Below, piece after piece: positions 56,801 through 64,000 of a stretch of 64,000 nucleotides of DNA. Source of the DNA: Botryllus schlosseri (lineage: Eukaryota). The stretch is from contig CM119378.1 in assembly GCA_051294905.1 (NCBI GenBank), forward strand, positions 6,758,001-6,822,000. Reading direction: 5' to 3'. The notes below the pieces were generated by a model. That model was not told the DNA's origin and made no database searches. It saw nothing but the letters and a program-made list of their open reading frames with translations. Each line of letters begins with the position of its first letter. Position 1 is the stretch's first letter. The translations under genes were made by a program, and so were the position numbers.

Positions 56801-59800
56801 ATCTCCCAGTGTCGAGTAGCGAACTTGTTGCTACGTCGAGGTCTGCGTCATGGCGTGTAGTGAACTGTCAGCCACTTGTGAGCGGAGATGGCGTGTCTAC
56901 TGTGAAAAGTTGATGGGTTACATGGTGCTCAGAGCGCTTTGATTGTGATGCCTTTACGAGCAGTCACACCGGCGAAAATTCCGTTCAAAGTGGGTCAATA
57001 GCCTCTTCTGCGTTCGACAGTCTCCGACAGTTAATGTCACGGGTACTCTATGTCAATTTCAACGTTTTATCTCCTTACAAAGGAAGGGGATCATTCACAA
57101 CGTGATTAATCAGTGTCTGCATTTATGCAATGACAAAATTACAAACTCCACAAATACCACATACGTTTCACTTAAATTGCAATAGTGCCATAAAATAGGA
57201 TTCAAATGTCTATAGTTACCATAGAGAGTATATTACTTCACATATCAACTGGTCTCGATCGATATCATAATATCGGTTGCGTGTCGTTGAAGATTCCACA
57301 GAAGTCAACTCGCCATTCCTTTTGATAGGGTGCTCTCACGTGCCAGTCCCTATGGACCCAACATCGTCTTTTGGGATCTTCTCGCCGGACCTCACACAAA
57401 TGCGATATTCATCCCGCGTAACTTGACACCTCTCACTTTGTGACTTGCTTGATACAGACAAAGACTTTGAGAACGGTGCTGGCACAGCGCAGAACCCCTG
57501 CACTACCGTTGTTTTGTGATCTGGTCAATGATGTCTTGTTGTGTCTGGTCTGTTATTGTGTCGCGAATACACCCTAGATAGATTTCCCTGTCAAATATGG
57601 TATTGATCTCGTGGTTGGAAGGAATTTTGAACGGCCACCGTCTGTAATTGCTGGTTTGCTACAAAGATATGTTATATCGACTCTCTCTCTTGTGTGACGT
57701 AGGGTAGTATTTCAGCGTGTCAATCAAAATAATTGATTTATGATGAATAATTTTGATTCAATGACCAGGCAGGATATTTAATTTGATAGAATATAATAAT
57801 ATCATTCAAAACTGGCATACTTTTTAAGCAAAATAACAGGTGGGTCCATAAGCTTCCATCAATGACTAGGTTTTTCAATCCAACACAACTACAGAAGACG
57901 CACTGGTATGTTCTAACTATAATGATAAGTTTCAGTATGGACGTGGACTGCTGGTTCAATGAGGTGTCATGGGAGTTTACAAATTAATAAGTGAAATATC
58001 ACACATCGCAGTGACTGGATGAGTATTGCGACTTTGCATCACGCGGTATTATGTGCTAATGAGCTGCCTGATGTATGCTCGGTTGTGTTGGTATTGACGT
58101 ACTGTTGTTAGCACATATTCACACTTATGTGCGTGTGACATCTTCACAGCTGTGATTGCGAATAGTCACAAGGGCCTGGTCATGCATTTTTGGGATTTCT
58201 CGCAGGACCCAGGCAGTCCATCTTATCGCTGCATCCCTTGGTAATGTTTTTGGCTGCTTCGTCGTGATGTTTCCTAGTCCCTATCACTGAAGACTTTCAG
58301 ATTGTCATGTTTTGACGCAGTGTGGTCATTTCTGGATAAAGATTAGCGATGGTGTCGCCGCATTGAAATTTCCCAAAAAGCTACATTCCAAAATCAGTTC
58401 ATCTTGTCAAGATTCATTGTCACGTGATTACCCTATGGCTGGGCTTGGAAAAGATTGTCACTTTTCGTGAAATTCTTGGCAACACCAATTTATCGTGACA
58501 CCAAACCCAAGAAGGCAACACATGAAATAGTTAACAGTCGGTATTAGGTGTTGGAGTCATTCTGAAATGTGAACTTGGTATATTACTAATAAAGGATCTA
58601 TACTATTGAGTATTGACGGAAATCCATTTTATGCACCGATTTCCAGCGTCACCTACCCCGTGCAGCCGTGCTCAACATTTCGCTTTCCCTTATTGATTTT
58701 CCAAACGATTTGCAAAGACTTGAAAATACAGTAGTCTCAATTTATTTTGCAGGCATCATGTCACACACAGAAATTCAGATGAAGAAAAATTTAATGTTAA
58801 ACAACAAGATTAAGCGAAGTGTTATGGAATGGAAACCGTTAGAGTACTCCGCAGAGCGAAGACAACTCGTGACGTTAATATCAGAATCTCACACGCAAAC
58901 AAACGGCCCTCCGGATATCCGGGTAAGTTCATCTATACCTGTGGTCAGTCTGTGTTCCTCACAGAAGTCGTGTCACTCAAACTTGATAACGCCACACCAT
59001 GCTCCTCGCCGCTTCTGTTATCCATTTAGATAAGCCCTTGTAATCTCCGTAAAGCTTGGATCGTAATAGAAAATACCATAGAATTAGTTTGCGCAGTTGA
59101 TGTGCATTTGAAATGGATTTTCGTCAATTAGGAAACTTTCGCAAATGGTAATGAATCATGCTCGTCAATACTGTAGTATTTTGTTACCCGTAATTCAGCA
59201 GCAATTCTTCACTTCTTGACCTTCCGTAATGCTGGCCAATCGCTAGCACAGTTTCCTGTAGTGTTACTGCCAATTTACAAGCTGGCCTGTTCTGAAAATC
59301 CGGGATTCAATGCAATTTGCGACAAGAGGGGCTTGTGTAAATCCCAGCTGGTGTTTTCTCAGTCAAGAGTATATGTCCAGTCGAACTGTCTTTTTCATGT
59401 AATAAAAATTTACCTTCGGTCAACGGGTCACACTCTGTGCTATGTGACGTGTGTAAGTCAAACTCTGTAAAGCTGTTTGGCGGATCATCCTGGGAATGTG
59501 ATTTTCACAAGAGAATAAGTCCCTGCCGTTTATGTATCGTATAATCTGATAATCTGATGATCTGACGCTGACGATACACGTAAACTTGACTAGAGAACAA
59601 ATATCGAAGACCGTTAGGTGGTAGCCGACCACTTTGAGATGACGCAACATTTTGAACTCGATCTCAGTGACCGAGTTCACGTTACGATCAAATACTTGGC
59701 GTGCATCTATTATTCATTGACTCACCCACGGGCTACTACGTTAGTATGAAGCGATATTGATTCAGTCTGTACGCTGGTAGGCTATCGCGTGTTTACATAC

Positions 59801-62800
59801 CTGCGTGTTTTCAATCAAATATCGTTTGCGCGTCCTCGTGGACATTGCCTCCACTATTCGCGTAATTTCACGTTGCTGTTGAAGCATCGTGTGCTTATGG
59901 CTACGATTTTTTCTCGTTTTTTTTGCGGTAATCTCGACCGTTTCAATGGCACAACGTAAACTTCCGTTACATTTCTGATTGAAGCAGAACTATGCGTCAC
60001 CGGATATACTCTGCGTCAACTTAATTTCAGCGATGAGATTTGTTTCCGACTCGATTTTGTTTATTATGTGTTTCTACTCGGACATCATATTTGGAATGTG
60101 TAATGCTGTGGCAAGGTTTATGTTAGGATTGCCATTATGCAATTCAACAGGCATTAGTATTAAAGAATCTTTGAATTTATAAATCAATATATAATAATTT
60201 ATAACAGATGGGGTTTCAATGTTGAAACCAGCATGCCAGTGATAGTGCTATGTTTGGTTATTTATAGAAATAATCCTTAAGCCTTGCTTAGTTTAATGCA
60301 ATCAGCTACACATCCTATACACGCGTGTTTCGGAGTATAATCACGACCGGACATCGAGTTCAATGTTCAACAGTCACCGATAAATTACAGTATTTGTTCA
60401 AGGCTGTGAGGGATATTGTTACTAGTCAAAAGTCAGGGATATCAACCGATACCATGTCAATATTACTTGCGGGGTTTTGACAAAAATTGGCTAGAGACTG
60501 AGGCATAACGTCATAAATGGTTTCCACGTACAAGCCTACCTTCATTCATGCTCCTGGGTAGGATATTTATTATCGCTAGCTCTTGTTGTTCAAATCATGT
60601 TGACCCCTAAATATCGTTCAAACGCCGCTACACAATACGAACATCGTTTTATCTGACAAACATTGAGCGCGGAAATCCGCAACCTCCTTTTTTAAAATTA
60701 TTACCTGCGGTTTCTACCGGACACGTGTAGCAATTTGGAGCCCGCTTATTTGTTGTCACATGGAACACGTTGAGGTGAAGATTGTGTTTCATCGAAAATG
60801 CGGTTACCGATTATTCCAACGTTGCTTCCTTTTCGTAAACTTAAATCGTTCTACCCTCCCTAGAGATTTTCGCGATCAGGTTTTTGAAACCCGAGAAGAG
60901 TCTGTGGCGGTGATCTAGCCTAAGGCCTCACGGTCGATGTTCTTACGTTTCGGAATTTGTATTAGATTTCAGACGGGCCCGATGACATTCATAACTTTGA
61001 ACGAGTGTTTTATTTAGGCGACGATTTATCTTTGTGCCAACATATTGTAAATATTGAAGTGCGCTTAATCACATAATGGGCTTTGTATAAATTAGCGTGC
61101 CGTGTGGCGTGCCTTATGTCGTACTAAATCAAGATCGGACGTCTCGCGTGTCCTTTCCTCGATCGTTTCCATCGTGTTTTGTGTTTGAGTTATAACTTGT
61201 TCCGTCGATTAATTAATAATGGATTGCTACCAGCGACCGCATATCATACACTGCTGTTTGCGGTTGATAACTAATCGACACATTGTATCGGTTCGGTAAA
61301 TATGGCGTGATATCGAAAAGTCCGGTGCGGCATGCCACGTAAAGCCAGCATTTTGCTACAATTTGCATTTTGCTGCTGGGATTATGGTGACCTTGGTTTG
61401 AGATTTTTGAATTCTCGCTTCATTTCCTTGAAAGTTAATATAAGAAAAAGGAATCTTGATAACGGCGTCTTGAACTGTGAAAATTTCTTGAAGAACCCCG
61501 GAAATTTCTATCTGTACGCCGTTCCTAACTTAGATTATGTTCAGGAGGAAGACGGGATGCTGACGATACGATCCAGAGATCCCGGCGCTTCCCCGGCAAG
61601 CACAAGCAGTGGATTTTCAGATTTGTAAGTGTTTCTTTTTCTCAGTGTAGCCTATGGTTTCATTTGACCCTTGTCCCTATGTGACGTTGTTGCAATGCAT
61701 TTAATCGGAAAATATTTGAGGATTATTTGGCGATTACAGGGGCCCTTATTTTGAGGGGCGATGTCACGTTAAACTGCATTGTCGGTATTTATAAGATACG
61801 TCCTTGTTTTTGACTTGTTTCCTTCGGCAATGTCAGGTTGTGTAATTGGGAATGGACGAATGAGATGACCTTTTTTAGTTGTCAGTTTACAAATTTTGCT
61901 GTTAAACTACTTGAAATTTTTGGCTGTCTATAGTTTTTTATCCTTGTCCGATGTCAACCCTTGGTACAGTAGGGGTGGAGGATTTTTTAATTAGATTTCG
62001 CTGCTGTGCTAGTTGCCGTTCTGGTGTAATTTTGAAATGAAACTCGTCAACTGCTTGTTAGAATAGCGGTATGCGGTACTTTCACCATTTGAGACGCGCA
62101 GAAACAGAGCATAACCACAAATTTCACCTCCCTCTGTTCTTGATTGGAATTTGGCGGTGTTTCAGGAACCGTTTCCGCAAATTGAGTTTTGATTTGGTCT
62201 GAATCCACCGCGATGTTGCAACAGGAGTGATTCTCGGTTTTAAGGAGGACCTCTCTCTGTTTTAACGATCCGTGCCCAAGCCGTCGTTATCGAAACGACG
62301 TATTACCGTCCGCGTAATATTACAGAATCAACCAGATGACGCAGGATATCGTAGCCACCGCGCCGGGACCGTCGAATCCGTCGAAATCGCATCTGCGCCA
62401 CTTTTCCGCGATAATGGAGTTTAGCATAAAGGAGATTATAAAGTTCTGTAAAAAGATTCCTTCCTTCACGTGAGTGCCGAGTCGATTTGTGCGCCGCGAG
62501 CACGGACTTGTGTCTCTGCGGCTTCGCAAATGCGCTTCTCTGCGCGGTAGAGATTTCTGTTACCGCACAACGCAACGGAGAGAGTCTTGAGGTCGCTCGC
62601 AATACGCATCTCCAGCACTTTGACGAGGTCCTAAAATAACAAAAGACAAGAGCTGTTAACACCCGCCTCGTATACATTTTTATAGAGCAGTACGATAGCG
62701 CGCTTGGTAGGTTCACTGCCTTGGAGGCGTTCTTTCGAACGTACCGATACAAGTTGAACTAGCGATTCCCAATTAAGCAGCCTATTTTAACCCTAGTTTT

Positions 62801-63541
62801 GCCTAAAAAAGCTGCTAAATTTTGAGCAAAAGTGGAACTGGTCAGTCTAATATCATAGCCGCCTGATTACTCCTAAAAAGATGAACTGCTCCGTTACACA
62901 CCATCTTTGGTCGTGAATAGCCGCAAAAAAATATTTTCGTTGCCTCCTTGAATTAGTGTCATTCTTTTTGACAGGACCTAACGACTGTTAACGCAGTTCG
63001 TTATGTAACATTCTGTAAATTCATTGAGGTGTCGGTTAGTCTTTGGACCTGTAACGAACTATCTATTCGGATCAGGGAGAAACGCTTTGATTTTTTGTGA
63101 CTAGGAAACGTCGCGTGTTTTACAATTGCTGCACCGTGTCACGATTATCGTTATATTTGTGTTTTTGTTACCTTTCTTCGCGCGCGCTTCTAGAGGTGAT
63201 GCTGCGGTGTAGTTGCGCTTGTACAGCGCTGCATGACGAAGATGTAGTGACAAAGATGACACTCGAGATTAAAATAATTCGGTGATGATTCACGGGATAT
63301 TTTCAGGCCAGGCGCTCTGCAGCGATCATGCATTTTCGTACGAGAATTAGTCATTCGATTTTCCTGCAAACTTAACCTGTCATCCGTTGCAGGTCTCTGA
63401 GCTTGAAAGATCAAATCACACTATTAAAGTCGGGCTGCACGGAGATATTATTTATCAAAGCCAACTACACTTACGACCGGGAGCAGAACGCATTAATGTG
63501 CGGCCCGGGGAAGTACTACACGCGGGAATCGTTTATTTTAG
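44803..63541 (+). CDS. Nuclear receptor of the VDR/PXR/CAR (NR1I/NR1J) group; 3' part of the LBD lies beyond the window
   Basis: Exons 44799(ATG 44803)-44986, 46845-46995, 48682-48836, 49513-49615, 52997-53164, 55939-56069, 58753-58922, 61545-61624, 62326-62469 and 63393-63541, all phase-compatible. [29 protein letters not shown]|[43 protein letters not shown]|CIMS. LBD H3-H5 [26 protein letters not shown]|[24 protein letters not shown]. The DBD and LBD exons are high confidence. The four upstream exons are inferred from splice signals, open frame and phase. Confidence 0.9.
52152..52579 (-). mobile_element. hAT MITE, TAGGCTTACCATA TIR family (copy 2)
   Basis: TAGGCTTACCATA...TATGGTAAGCCTA with a perfect 8-bp TSD CCGTAAAT (52144-52151, 52580-52587). 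Inverted homologue of 11597-12015. Confidence 0.92.
53518..53907. mobile_element. hAT MITE, TAGGGCAAGTTTTTG TIR family
   Basis: TAGGGCAAGTTTTTG...CAAAAACTTGCCCTA with a perfect 8-bp TSD GTAATAAG (53510-53517, 53908-53915) and repeated AAAAGTTGCA subterminal motifs. Confidence 0.92.
56100..56620. repeat. Diverged ~267-bp tandem duplication in a nuclear-receptor intron
   Basis: Units start TTTGAC(G/A)GATTTGCCAA (56100, 56367), share CACACATTTGAAA and TTGACTTGATGCATATGA, and both end in CTACACTGATTTCA. Confidence 0.8.
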
Positions 63542-64000
63542 GTTTGTTGAATGCGTCGCCTTCATATTTTTGTGTTTACGTACCGATTATGCTGACTTTC
63601 GCACTGCACACACGTGAAATTTTGTCGTAGCTCAGGTGAGAGATATTAATGAGCTTGGTGGTGATCTGGCGATTGGAATCATACGTCAGTGTCACCAATT
63701 GGTTTGTGATACTTGGTCTATTGTGACAACTTAATTAATTGCCAATTAGGTTGCAAGTGCGTGTTTTTTCCTTTTCTGGCGAATGATCCATTCCCAATTT
63801 CAAAGTGCAATGGTATTTCCTACGAAAAGTTGCCGACATATGGTATCGCGAGATAATAAGTGCCCTTCAGCTACTGTGTTCGACGGACACAATTATGTTG
63901 TTACTTGCATACGATCTGTTACGTTCGCAAAATTATGTCCTTCTTGAAGTCCGAATTTAATTTCCCTCAGGCTACCGACAGACTGTTCTCATGCGCCAGC

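Noticed and set aside
41699-57419. Shared 14-mer TGCGATATTCATCC(..)CGCGT at 41699 and 57401
   Set aside because: There are only two short occurrences with no extended homology, which cannot be distinguished from chance.
59415-61680. Direct-repeat hormone response elements (DR2-like CGGTCAacGGGTCA ~59417; DR1-like ~61657) as autoregulatory sites
   Set aside because: The half-sites are imperfect and expected by chance in 20 kb, and the spacing is not the DR3/DR4/ER6 typical of NR1I.

Overview
This is a window of animal genomic DNA (about 35-40% GC by eye, GT-AG introns of 60 bp to about 3.4 kb). It is probably an invertebrate deuterostome or similar marine bilaterian; that assignment is inference only. 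Four multi-exon genes were reconstructed by hand with consistent splice phases. They are ArfGAP2/3 (+, 2656-14113), a C8orf34/VEST1 homologue (+, 16322-~29475), DNALI1 (-, 34925-32147) and a VDR/PXR/CAR-type (NR1I/J) nuclear receptor (+, 44803 to beyond the window end) with an apparent 228-aa N-terminal A/B region. Introns and intergenic DNA hold many non-autonomous elements: hAT MITEs with 8-bp TSDs, a 1.8-kb foldback hAT element, a TTAA Kolobok/T2-like MITE, a TA Tc1/mariner-like MITE and tRNA-derived SINEs. The most striking unexplained signal is a dispersed family of short repeats ending in a minimal type-I hammerhead ribozyme core (CUGANGAG-N7-CGAAA-palindrome-UC). It has about 11 copies or partial copies, two with intact cores, often arranged as outward-facing inverted pairs. 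There is also one tRNA-headed element whose body resembles a twister ribozyme followed by an RTE-like tail. Most ORFs in the supplied track are spurious or partial exon read-throughs.
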